A stretch of DNA of 64,000 nucleotides from Candidatus Omnitrophota bacterium (GTDB lineage: Bacteria; Omnitrophota; Omnitrophia; Omnitrophales; Aquincolibacteriaceae), in contig JAUYMS010000046.1 in NCBI GenBank assembly GCA_030698625.1, positions 56,348-120,347 on the forward strand, in the 5' to 3' direction. This document shows positions 28,032-37,028 of this stretch, one piece after another (the stretch's first letter is position 1; each line of letters opens with the position of its first letter). The translations under genes and the position numbers were made by a program. The notes below the pieces were generated by a model. It was not told the DNA's origin and ran no database searches. It saw only the letters and a program-made list of their open reading frames with translations.

Positions 28032-29822
28032 ATGTTTGAGTTTGAGATTCAATCCAAGGAACTGCAGGCCTCAGACGTTCCCCCCGCCGTCCTGAGCAGT
28101 TTTACCTGTGAGGAGCCTTTTGAGAGGTCTATTCTTGCCTGGGGCGAACACTGCATCGAGTGCGCTATTCCTCAATGTTACAAAACCTGCGATCTTTATG
28201 AGGCCCGTTCCGATTTGAAGTGCCGGCGTTTCATCGACGGCATTGTGAAGATACGCATGCCGGCGAGTTATCAGGGCTATATTACGCGCATCACCTTTAA
28301 GACGTGGGGGGAACTCTGGTCTTTCGGTAATGCCCGTGTCTACAGCCGTGCGGGAGCAGTCGAGGCCGTCTATCGTTTTTTCGCGCGTGTCGCCAAACTG
28401 TTTCCTTCGGTTCTGGGCCTGGGCTATTGGAATGTGCCGCGTCTTTTCAGCAGCTTTTGTAAGGGAGTGGTTGACGCGATGCGCGCCCTTCCGATCGGGC
28501 GCGAAGCCGAATACTTCTTGATTCAAATCTACAATGAGGAAAGCCGCGTAGTGACTTATTCGCTGAAGATTACCAATGAACCCGAAGGCGGAAAGATCCC
28601 TTTCATGAAGCTCTTTGAAATCGATCCCGGCTATCATGAAGTTTTGGTCCATGTCAGTGAGATCTCCGAGAGGGTCGATCTGAAATCGCGGTTTAGCATC
28701 TATCTTGTTCCGAACATCGAAGACGGTCCTGTTACGGCCTATTTTTCTCTAGTCCATTTTGTGCGGTATGCGCGCGGCCGCCAGCACCCGTGTTCGGCAA
28801 AGAACGTTAAGTGTGTTGTTTGGGATCTTGATGATGTCCTGTGGGAAGGGATTCTTGCGGAAAGCGATATTTCCTCATTGAAGCTCCGCGACGGCATGCG
28901 CGATATTCTGCGGACACTCGATGAGAGGGGCGTTTTACAGAGTATCGCCAGTAAGAACCACCCGGATCTTGCCATGGAGGCCTTGAGGCATCTGGGCATT
29001 GACCACTATTTTCTCTATCCGCAGATCCACTGGCACCCTAAAAGCCGATCATTAAAAACTCTGCAGGAGCAACTGGGTCTCGGCATGGAGGCATTCGCCT
29101 TGCTGGACGACTCCCCATTCGAGCGTGCGGAGGTGAAACAGAATTGCCCGGGCGCGCTCACGATCGACGCGGTCAATTGTCAGAACCTGCTGGCATATCC
29201 TTGTTTCGGGGGAAGCCGTGACGAAGATTCGCGCCAGCGCCGATACTACTATCAGGTAGAGGCAAAGCGAAAGGAAGAACTTGAAAGCAAGTTCAAGGAT
29301 GAGTACTCGACATTTCTCAGGGGTTCCAAGATCACGCTGACACTCTCACATCCCGATTCGGAGAACGCCGACCGCATTCACGACCTCATTCAACGCACCA
29401 ATCAAATGAATTTTTCGCCCAACCGTTACAGCCGCGAAGAAGTCGCGCGCATTATTAAAAACCCGGATCTTGAAAAATGGGTGCTCTCGGCCGCCGACCG
29501 TTTCGGCGATTACGGCATTATCGGTTTTTCGGTGATTGATAAGAAGGCGGCTCATATCACGGATCTGCTGTTCAGCTGCAGAGTTCAAATGAAGAGAATC
29601 GAACACGCCTTCCTGTCACATGTCTTGGACAAGTATCGAAAGGCCGGCGCGAAGCATTTCAAAGTAACCTTTTACGAAACCAAGAGGAATAGCCACAATG
29701 CCAAGGTTTTTGATGACCTTGGCTTTGAACGGGTTGCCGCCGGCGACGGGGTGGATTCCTTTCAATTTCTCTTCGACCGGGGGATTCCCCGCGAAGATAT
29801 CGTCTCTGTTCTCGAACGATGA
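28032..29822 (+). CDS. FkbH-like protein (HAD-IIIC phosphatase domain + GNAT-like C-terminal domain) with an extra Cys-rich N-terminal domain
   Basis: KCVVWDLDDVLWEG (FkbH/HAD-IIIC motif I) near aa 262; C-terminal about 170 aa GNAT-like as in FkbH proteins; N-terminal about 255 aa has CIECAIPQCYKTCDLY...C with no family I can assign. Confidence 0.55.
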   Translation: MFEFEIQSKELQASDVPPAVLSSFTCEEPFERSILAWGEHCIECAIPQCYKTCDLYEARSDLKCRRFIDGIVKIRMPASYQGYITRITFKTWGELWSFGNARVYSRAGAVEAVYRFFARVAKLFPSVLGLGYWNVPRLFSSFCKGVVDAMRALPIGREAEYFLIQIYNEESRVVTYSLKITNEPEGGKIPFMKLFEIDPGYHEVLVHVSEISERVDLKSRFSIYLVPNIEDGPVTAYFSLVHFVRYARGRQHPCSAKNVKCVVWDLDDVLWEGILAESDISSLKLRDGMRDILRTLDERGVLQSIASKNHPDLAMEALRHLGIDHYFLYPQIHWHPKSRSLKTLQEQLGLGMEAFALLDDSPFERAEVKQNCPGALTIDAVNCQNLLAYPCFGGSRDEDSRQRRYYYQVEAKRKEELESKFKDEYSTFLRGSKITLTLSHPDSENADRIHDLIQRTNQMNFSPNRYSREEVARIIKNPDLEKWVLSAADRFGDYGIIGFSVIDKKAAHITDLLFSCRVQMKRIEHAFLSHVLDKYRKAGAKHFKVTFYETKRNSHNAKVFDDLGFERVAAGDGVDSFQFLFDRGIPREDIVSVLER

Positions 29823-30577
29823 TCCCGAAATTCATCAAAAGATCGTGGGTTTCGGCGCGCCAGGCAGTCAGCTGCAGGGTTCTGGCGAAAAGGGTAAACG
29901 TCAATCTCGCCGAACCGCTCGTAACATTCACCTTTGATGATGTTCCCGTTTCGGCTTTCGATGCGGCCGCGCCGATTCTGGAAAAGCATCACTTTAAAGG
30001 GACCTTTTACGTTTCTGGTGCGCTCGCCGAATCAACGGCGGGATTTATGGGGCGGCAACAGATCCGTTCGCTGATCAAACGCGGGCATGAAATCGGATGT
30101 CACACCTACAGTCATGTGAGGACCGGTTTTTCAACCCGGGCCCGGCTGGAGGCTGATCTCCGACGGAACGCCGACTACTTCGAAGAAAACTTCGCGGCGT
30201 ATCGATTATCGAGCTTTGCCTATCCGTTCGGTTCCATTGGGTTATGGAATAAGCCGGTATTGGCAAAACGGTTTCATTCGGCCCGGGGCAATGCCCCGGG
30301 AATTAATCTCGGGGCCACGGACCTTTACACGCTTGCCTCCCACCGCCTTTATTCCAACTTTATGAGTCCGGAATTTGCAGATCGCATTATTCGGGACGCC
30401 ATAGAAAAAAAGGCCTGGCTCATTTTCTATACCCATGATGTGCTGGAAAGCCCGACCCCTTACGGATGCACCCCGGCTCTTTTTACGCATGTCGTGAAGG
30501 CTGTTTCTGATTCCGGCGTGCGCGTCGTCACGATGAAAGAGGGGACCGATTTCATCAGCCCCTTAAGGAGTCGCTAG
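29819..30577 (+). CDS. Polysaccharide deacetylase (CE4/NodB homology domain)
   Basis: TFTFDDVP and HTYSH motifs. Confidence 0.65.
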   Translation: MIPKFIKRSWVSARQAVSCRVLAKRVNVNLAEPLVTFTFDDVPVSAFDAAAPILEKHHFKGTFYVSGALAESTAGFMGRQQIRSLIKRGHEIGCHTYSHVRTGFSTRARLEADLRRNADYFEENFAAYRLSSFAYPFGSIGLWNKPVLAKRFHSARGNAPGINLGATDLYTLASHRLYSNFMSPEFADRIIRDAIEKKAWLIFYTHDVLESPTPYGCTPALFTHVVKAVSDSGVRVVTMKEGTDFISPLRSR

Positions 30578-30578
30578 A

Positions 30579-31358
30579 GTGAATATGTCGTGGATTTGGA
30601 GAAAGGTGACGGCTCTGCCGGTCGGCCGTATTTGCCGCCGGCTGATGCAGCCCGGCATGATCCCCATTTTCATTTCAATGCCGCAGCCGAAGTCTGTGGC
30701 GGAGTCGTCGCAGGCCCTGTTTCCCGACGAAGGCGGCGAAACCATTTTGAATATGCGCAAGCAGCTCCTAGGGAATCAGAGTTTCTTTTCGGATCTTACG
30801 GCGACCATGCATAAAGTCGGGCAGTATCACGATATTCATGACGACTGGTTTCAGTTTCTCTACCTCGTAACGCGTCTTGCGAAACCGATGGTTGTCGTCG
30901 AGACCGGCGTCTTCGCGGGTCTTTCGACGGCTTTTATTTTGCAGGCGATCAAGGACAACGGACGCGGAAGACTCGTGTCCGTGGATCTTCCGGCCGAGAA
31001 TGTGATCGTGGGGTCTACGGACCGTATGCATGATTCCGCGCTTCCTCCCGGATGCGATCCCGGATGGATCGTTCCGCCGGCTCTGAAGGTGAATCACTCG
31101 CTGGTGGTCGGCAACAGTCAGGAAGTATTACCGCGGGTGTTCGAAAAGCACCGAGCCATCGACGTTTTCATCCATGACAGCCTGCACACCGCGGCGCATC
31201 AGAGTTTTGAGTACGCCATAGCTTGGTCCCGCCTCAGAGAGGGAGGAATTCTTCTCAGCGACGATATTTTCTGGAGTCCCGCCTTTCACGAATTCTGCCG
31301 CAAACACCGCAAGCCCTACCTCCATGTTGTGGAAGGTCGCGGTGCTGTTAGAAAGTAG
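30579..31358 (+). CDS. Class I SAM-dependent methyltransferase (TylF/MycF/CmcI-like O-methyltransferase family)
   Basis: VVETGVFAGLST glycine-rich SAM motif, acidic residue in VSVDLP. Confidence 0.5.
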   Translation: MNMSWIWRKVTALPVGRICRRLMQPGMIPIFISMPQPKSVAESSQALFPDEGGETILNMRKQLLGNQSFFSDLTATMHKVGQYHDIHDDWFQFLYLVTRLAKPMVVVETGVFAGLSTAFILQAIKDNGRGRLVSVDLPAENVIVGSTDRMHDSALPPGCDPGWIVPPALKVNHSLVVGNSQEVLPRVFEKHRAIDVFIHDSLHTAAHQSFEYAIAWSRLREGGILLSDDIFWSPAFHEFCRKHRKPYLHVVEGRGAVRK

Positions 31359-31561
31359 TCCCTAGAGCCCCCAAGGTACGCTATTTATTACTATAATATT
31401 ACTACTTAATGATATAATTTGATTGATTATTATCTTGTTTAGTTTGTATTTTGTGTTATTGAGCGTGTATATTCTAAATATAGTTATCTAGTTAGCGTTA
31501 TACCACATTCCACAAAGGCACCGAAACTGGGCTAGAACAATCGGAGTCGGGGAGAAAACTC
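31359..31561. promoter_or_regulatory. Strongly AT-rich intergenic region (promoter/leader of the B12-rSAM gene)
   Basis: 203 nt with long A/T runs (tattactataatattactacttaatgatataatttgattgattattatc...) in a GC-rich genome; similar character to 3486-3769. Confidence 0.35.
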
Positions 31562-33211
31562 ATGGATCTACTCATCATCAACACCAGAATTATGTGGTTT
31601 TCACACAAGTCAATGATTGCCACGGGTCCGCTCGTGCTCGCATCTTACCTGCATGAAAAAGGATTTAGCACCGGTGTGATTGATGATAACTCTGTCTATA
31701 AGCGATACCGACTCAAGGACTACGTCGATTTCATAGAGCGCAATGATGTCAAGATGATCGGGTTTTCGGTTAACACTTTAAATGCCTATAACAGTTACGA
31801 ACTGGCCAAGGCGCTTCGGAAAAAGTTTCCTGATAAGCCGCTACTTGCCGGCGGGTTGCAGAGCTTTGATGCGATCGAAGAAATGGAGCAGCAGTCCTTT
31901 GACGTTATCTTTAAAGGGGAAGCTGAGATTGCTTCGGCGAAGTTTATGGCGGCGGCTAAGAAGTGTTCACCTCATTTGACCCGAGCCATGTTTCGGGATT
32001 CGTCCTTCATGAGTGAACTCGCAGAAATCCAGGGCCTGCATATCAACGTAGACGGCAGGAAAACCGCAACCAGCGACGGGTTCTGCGAATTGGTGCAGGA
32101 TTTAGACGACGTTCCGTTCAGCAATTACGATCTAATCAATCTGAGCGATTACATCAAGTCGAAATTTGATCATCATTCCGTGACGAATCAGCTTAACTTT
32201 CAAAGAGGGTGTCCCTATGCGTGCACCTTCTGCAAGTCGGCCGTCATTGCGCAAAAACTGCGCAATAACAGCGCTCACTATATGATCAGCGAACTCGAGC
32301 GCCGTTACGAGAAGTTCGGGCTGAGCAACTTTTTCATTACCGACTCGAATTTCACGATCGACAAAGCGCGCGTGCAAGAATTCTGTGCGATCATGATTTC
32401 CAAGGGATTGAACAAGAAAATCAATCTCATGATTCAGACTTCGATTGTGATTCCGTTAAGTGACGATGAGATCGACCTGCTTCAGGAAGCGGGAGTGACG
32501 ATGTTTGCTATCGGGGTCGAACGTTTGGGTGAAGGCAACCGCAAGCAGATCAAAAAGGCGGGGAGCGGGACATTAGCCACAACCCTGATCCGCAAGCTGT
32601 ACGATCGCGGTATGCGGTCTATGGTCAATATCCTCGTGAATCTTCCCTTCGACAGCGAAGAGACTATGAAAGAGGAGACCGGTCTCATCACAAAGAACTT
32701 GCCTTACGTCGGATTCCTCTATATCAATTATCTTTGGCCGATGCCGGGAACACCGATTTGTGATGATGACACCAGCAGCAAATACAAAGCATGGTACCTC
32801 GATAAGAACATCGCCGGTTTTCAGGTCCCCTATTACAGCTACGCCTTTCTCCTGGAGGGGGCTCTGGCACTTGACGTGAATATTTTCGGCCACTCGAAGA
32901 AGACGCTTCGGGCCATTCGCCGCTTTAAGGAAGAATTTCAGTGGAAGGGGACCATGGGCGCAACCCGTTTGCCCCTGCTGAAAGTGCTTTTTGCTGCAGA
33001 CATGTTCCTGGGCAAGATCTCCTATTTTGTCGGGCGAATATCACCGAAGTTGGAGCATTTCGTCTTCGCCCCCTTTAAATTCCTGCGTATAAGAGGATAC
33101 AAGATAGTGTTCAATTTCTTCATGGGGCTTGAAAAGAAGCGGGCCAATGCCGAATCCAACCGCTCCGTGACCGGAAAAACCGCGAAATTGGCACTCTCAA
33201 AACCCTGCTAG
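31562..33211 (+). CDS. B12-binding radical SAM protein (class B rSAM, methyltransferase-like)
   Basis: N-terminal cobalamin-binding-like domain; CPYACTFC CxxxCxxC motif; 549 aa. Confidence 0.7.
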   Translation: MDLLIINTRIMWFSHKSMIATGPLVLASYLHEKGFSTGVIDDNSVYKRYRLKDYVDFIERNDVKMIGFSVNTLNAYNSYELAKALRKKFPDKPLLAGGLQSFDAIEEMEQQSFDVIFKGEAEIASAKFMAAAKKCSPHLTRAMFRDSSFMSELAEIQGLHINVDGRKTATSDGFCELVQDLDDVPFSNYDLINLSDYIKSKFDHHSVTNQLNFQRGCPYACTFCKSAVIAQKLRNNSAHYMISELERRYEKFGLSNFFITDSNFTIDKARVQEFCAIMISKGLNKKINLMIQTSIVIPLSDDEIDLLQEAGVTMFAIGVERLGEGNRKQIKKAGSGTLATTLIRKLYDRGMRSMVNILVNLPFDSEETMKEETGLITKNLPYVGFLYINYLWPMPGTPICDDDTSSKYKAWYLDKNIAGFQVPYYSYAFLLEGALALDVNIFGHSKKTLRAIRRFKEEFQWKGTMGATRLPLLKVLFAADMFLGKISYFVGRISPKLEHFVFAPFKFLRIRGYKIVFNFFMGLEKKRANAESNRSVTGKTAKLALSKPC

Positions 33212-33243
33212 CTGCCTCTCTCTAAATCTCTCCTCGCGTCGCG

Positions 33244-33272
33244 TTGACAGGGCCTAACTACGCCCCTATACT
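33244..33272 (+). promoter_or_regulatory. Near-consensus sigma70 promoter (TTGACA-17-TATACT) upstream of the ftcD-folD-panB operon
   Basis: TTGACA at 33244-33249, 17-nt spacer, TATACT at 33267-33272, about 50 nt upstream of the start at 33320. Confidence 0.5.
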
Positions 33273-33319
33273 AAACTTTTGGTCTCCGCAGCTGTCCCCA
33301 AAAGGAGGGTTCTGTTCTC

Positions 33320-33946
33320 ATGAAAAAATTTACCGATATGACGCTTGAAGATTATCTCAAAGAGCTTTCCGGCGACGCACCCGTGCCGGGCGGAGGCAGT
33401 GCCTCGGCTTATGTGGGGTCGCTTGCAATGGGGCTGACTCAGATGGTCGCCAGCATCTCCCTAAAGCGCAAGAAAAAGGCGGGCCTAAGCCCCGAAGAGG
33501 AAAAGAAGGACGATGAGCAGCGCGCGACCATAAAGAAGATCCGGGCCTCGCTTGAGAAGGCGAAGCGCGACGCGTTTCAGATCGTGAATCTGGATCCCCA
33601 GGTTTATGAGGAAGTCATGGCGGTTTGGGGCGATGCGGAAAAAATGGAAGATGCCCTGCAGAATTCGTTCCGGTTGCAGGCGGACCTGGCCTTTATTCTT
33701 GTGATGGCGCGCGAATGGAATAATGCCCTTGCCTCTCTGGTCACGGGTTCCATCAAAAATGATTTGCTCGTGAGCGCGGCCATGGGCGAAGCCGCTTACA
33801 AGGGCGCTTATCACACGGCCATGATCAATGCCCATTATATGAAGGACGAGGGCCGCAAGGCGCACGCGGAGAAAGCCCTGCAGGAACTGAAAGTCCGTTT
33901 TGAGAAAGGAGATTCCTGTGTCGGCGAGCCAAGTCAAACTGCTTGA
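33320..33946 (+). CDS. Formiminotetrahydrofolate cyclodeaminase / methenyl-THF cyclohydrolase family protein
   Basis: PVPGGGSASA motif of the cyclodeaminase domain; 208 aa; adjacent to folD. Confidence 0.6.
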   Translation: MKKFTDMTLEDYLKELSGDAPVPGGGSASAYVGSLAMGLTQMVASISLKRKKKAGLSPEEEKKDDEQRATIKKIRASLEKAKRDAFQIVNLDPQVYEEVMAVWGDAEKMEDALQNSFRLQADLAFILVMAREWNNALASLVTGSIKNDLLVSAAMGEAAYKGAYHTAMINAHYMKDEGRKAHAEKALQELKVRFEKGDSCVGEPSQTA

Positions 33947-34781
33947 AGGAAAAGTCCTCGCGAAAGAAATCCGTGAGCAGATTAAGATCGAAGTCGAAGG
34001 CTTTACCGCAAAAGGAATGGAAACGCCGCGTCTCGTCGCACTTCGCGTTGCCGACGATGCCGCCAGCGACTGGTATCTGGACCAGCAGGCAAAGTGGGCG
34101 GAGAAACTGGGGATGCGATTCGAACGCGTCGACGTTCAACCGGCCGCGGAAGCCAATCTCCGCGACAAGATTAAACGCGTCAATGCGGACGGGGATTGTC
34201 ACGGCGTCTTTGTGACGATGCCGCTGCCGAAGGGAATCGACCCGGATATCCTGCTCGAACTCGATCCCAAAAAGGATGTCGAAGGTGTTCATCCCGCAAA
34301 CCTCGGTCTGATTGTGCTTCGCCGTGCCAAGCTTGTGCCGTCGACGGCCCTTGCGGCGTTCCGTCTCATTGAATCGACCGGCGCGAATCTGCGCGGCATG
34401 AATGCCGTGATCATCGGGCAGAGCGCAATTGTCGGCCGACCGCTCAATCTCCTCCTGGGTGAGAAGCGCGTCACGACTACCGTCTGCAATACGGGAACAT
34501 CCGCCGAGCTGTTGGAAAAGAGTGTGCGCGCTGCCCAAATTGTGATCGCATGCGCGGGGCAGCCGGGCATGGTGAAGGGGGATTGGATTCGTTCCGGCGC
34601 TATCGTCATTGATGTCGGAACGACTGAGGTTGACGGGAAACTTGTGGGGGATGTTGAGTTTGCTGCGGCCAGCGAGCGCGCTGATTACATTACACCCGTT
34701 CCGGGCGGTGTCGGCCCGCTTACGGTCACGATGCTGATGCAAAATCTCGTCACCGCGTATAAATGGCAAAAATCACTCTAG
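33918..34781 (+). CDS. folD: Bifunctional methylenetetrahydrofolate dehydrogenase/cyclohydrolase
   Basis: Canonical FolD sequence; start likely GTG at 33918 (track ATG at 33900 overlaps upstream gene). Confidence 0.8.
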   Translation: MSASQVKLLEGKVLAKEIREQIKIEVEGFTAKGMETPRLVALRVADDAASDWYLDQQAKWAEKLGMRFERVDVQPAAEANLRDKIKRVNADGDCHGVFVTMPLPKGIDPDILLELDPKKDVEGVHPANLGLIVLRRAKLVPSTALAAFRLIESTGANLRGMNAVIIGQSAIVGRPLNLLLGEKRVTTTVCNTGTSAELLEKSVRAAQIVIACAGQPGMVKGDWIRSGAIVIDVGTTEVDGKLVGDVEFAAASERADYITPVPGGVGPLTVTMLMQNLVTAYKWQKSL

Positions 34782-35573
34782 ATGCGACTTACCGTAAAAT
34801 CGATATATCAAAAAAAGAAAAAGCGCGAAAAGATCGTGGCCCTTACGGCCTACGATTCTCTCTTCGCCGATCTCCTCGACAGTGCGGGTGTTGACGTTCT
34901 CCTCGTGGGGGATTCTGTCGGCATGGTGCTTCTCGGATTCGACAGTACAGTTCCTGTCACGCTTCGCGACATGCTCCATCACACAAAAGCCGTGGCTCGC
35001 GCCCGGCCGAATGCACTCATCGTTGCGGATATGCCGTACGGTTCCTACGACACGGTGACTCGAGCCTTGCGATCGGCCAAGCGCCTGATCCAGGAAGGCG
35101 GGGCCGATGCCGTCAAGCTTGAGGGGGGGCAGCGCATCGAAAGACAAGTTAAGGCCCTTGTCCGCGCCGGGATCCAGGTAATGGGGCACTTGGGGATGAC
35201 GCCTCAGACGGCCGGCGCACTCGGCGGTTACCGGGTTCAAGGCAAGCACAAGGCAGAGGCCGACAAGATTTTACGCGATGCCGTACGCCTCGATCGGCTA
35301 GGCGTTTTTTCTCTCGTGCTGGAATGTGTGCCGGCAGTTCTGGCCGGAAGGGTGACGAAAAAAGTTAAATGCCCGACCATTGGTATCGGGGCCGGCGTAA
35401 AAACAGACGGGCAGATTCTCGTGATGCATGACATGCTCGGCCTTGAGGGGAAAATCCACCCGCGTTTTGTCCGGGCCTACGCAAAACTCAGCAGTGAAGT
35501 ACGCCGGGCGGTGCGCTGTTACCGCAAAGATGTCTTGGCCGGAAAGTTTCCCTCCAAGACGGAAAGTTTTTGA
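34782..35573 (+). CDS. panB: 3-methyl-2-oxobutanoate hydroxymethyltransferase (ketopantoate hydroxymethyltransferase)
   Basis: LTAYDSLFA, LVGDSVGMV motifs; 263 aa. Confidence 0.8.
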   Translation: MRLTVKSIYQKKKKREKIVALTAYDSLFADLLDSAGVDVLLVGDSVGMVLLGFDSTVPVTLRDMLHHTKAVARARPNALIVADMPYGSYDTVTRALRSAKRLIQEGGADAVKLEGGQRIERQVKALVRAGIQVMGHLGMTPQTAGALGGYRVQGKHKAEADKILRDAVRLDRLGVFSLVLECVPAVLAGRVTKKVKCPTIGIGAGVKTDGQILVMHDMLGLEGKIHPRFVRAYAKLSSEVRRAVRCYRKDVLAGKFPSKTESF

Positions 35574-35579
35574 TCCCAC

Positions 35580-37022
35580 ATGAAAGTTCTGGCTGCCGAT
35601 AAAGATACGGTTATTCTGTCGCTTGTTTCCACGAGGCTTACCGCCCGAGGTTACGAGGTCGTGGAGTTTTCTGATAAGGAAACCATGCTTCGTTATCTGG
35701 GCCGGGAAACGGTCGATTTGATTTTACTTTCCACGACCATGGATCGCATGGGAGGTATCCTTCTGGTGGAAAAGATCCGTCACACGCCTCATCTTGCAAC
35801 GATACCGATCGTCATGATGGCCGATGAGGACAGTCTTGCGGAGCTCATGATGGCCCGGGAGCACGGTTTTGACGATTTCCTCATCAAGCCTTTTAATGCC
35901 TTCGTGCTGCAGCTGCGCGTCGACATTAATATTTCGCGTAATCGCGCAAGGATCGAGGCCAACGCCCTGACGCATCTTCCGGGCAATCACTCTATTGAAA
36001 GAACGGTGCAGGCGAAGATCCAGAGCGGCGAAAAGTTCTCCGTCCTTTATATCGATATCGGGCACTTTAAATCCTTCAACGATGTGTATGGGTTTGACCG
36101 GGGTGATGACGTCATCCGTCATACGGCGCGTCTTATGTTGGAGACCGCCAGACAACTTATTCCGGAGGGGGAGTATTTTGTCGGTCATGTCGGTGGGGAT
36201 GATTTTGTCGTTATCCTAAACCCTGAATATGAAAAGAGTTATGCAAATAGCTTTATTGCCGAGTTTGACCGAATCATCGGGGCTTACTATAATGACGAAG
36301 ACCGCAAACGCGGTTTCCTGCGCGTGACCAACCGTCGCGGGAAGCGCGAAAACCTGCCTTTGATGTCATGTTCTGTGGCGGCCTGTAATAATCTTCATCG
36401 CAAGTACACCAGTTTGAGAGAAATTGCGCAGGACGCGAGCGAACTTAAGGCGTTTTTGAAATCCCAATCCGGGAGTCATTATCTTCGTGACCGTCGATCA
36501 GAGCCGATTCCTAATATGGAAGCCGCGGTTCAGATTCTGGCACCTCAAAATGATAAGAAGAAGCCTCAGGGCTCATCGGAACCGCTCGGCAAGATATTGC
36601 TTGAGGCGGGACTTATTAACGAACAGCAGCTTTCCAATGCCTTGAAGCGGCAATTTAAGACGGGGCAGCGATTGGGGCAAATTCTAATCGCTGCGGGGGC
36701 CGTCAAGAGCGATGATGTCGGCTCGGTGCTGCAGAAGAAACTCCGCGTGCCTTACGTAAGTCTTACGCGGTACAAGCCGGACCGGCAAGCCTTGAAGGTT
36801 TTTACGGCGGACTTTATGAGATCGGCGCATGTCGTTCCGCTTTCGATGCAGTCGGGCAAGATCAAACTGGCGATGTGTGACCCCTTTGATCTCAAAGTTA
36901 TGGCGGATGTCGAACGCATCACGGGTTATAAGCCGGTACCGAGCATAGCCTTAGAAGATGAATTCGAGAAATTCATGGAGCGTTATGGAAATGAATTCTG
37001 GCCGGAAGAAAACGCGGGGTAG
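35580..37022 (+). CDS. Signalling protein: receiver-like domain + degenerate GGDEF domain (GGDDF) + C-terminal MshEN-type c-di-GMP-binding domain
   Basis: N-terminal CheY-like fold with Ser at the expected phospho-Asp position (DLILLS); GHVGGDDF in place of GGDEF; C-terminal tandem LGKILLEAGLINEQQL / RLGQILIAAGAVKSDDVGSVL MshEN motifs. Confidence 0.6.
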   Translation: MKVLAADKDTVILSLVSTRLTARGYEVVEFSDKETMLRYLGRETVDLILLSTTMDRMGGILLVEKIRHTPHLATIPIVMMADEDSLAELMMAREHGFDDFLIKPFNAFVLQLRVDINISRNRARIEANALTHLPGNHSIERTVQAKIQSGEKFSVLYIDIGHFKSFNDVYGFDRGDDVIRHTARLMLETARQLIPEGEYFVGHVGGDDFVVILNPEYEKSYANSFIAEFDRIIGAYYNDEDRKRGFLRVTNRRGKRENLPLMSCSVAACNNLHRKYTSLREIAQDASELKAFLKSQSGSHYLRDRRSEPIPNMEAAVQILAPQNDKKKPQGSSEPLGKILLEAGLINEQQLSNALKRQFKTGQRLGQILIAAGAVKSDDVGSVLQKKLRVPYVSLTRYKPDRQALKVFTADFMRSAHVVPLSMQSGKIKLAMCDPFDLKVMADVERITGYKPVPSIALEDEFEKFMERYGNEFWPEENAG

Positions 37023-37028
37023 AAAACG

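Noticed and set aside
33825-34769. 314-aa minus-strand ORF overlapping folD
   Set aside because: Antisense to canonical folD; Arg/His-rich nonsense composition
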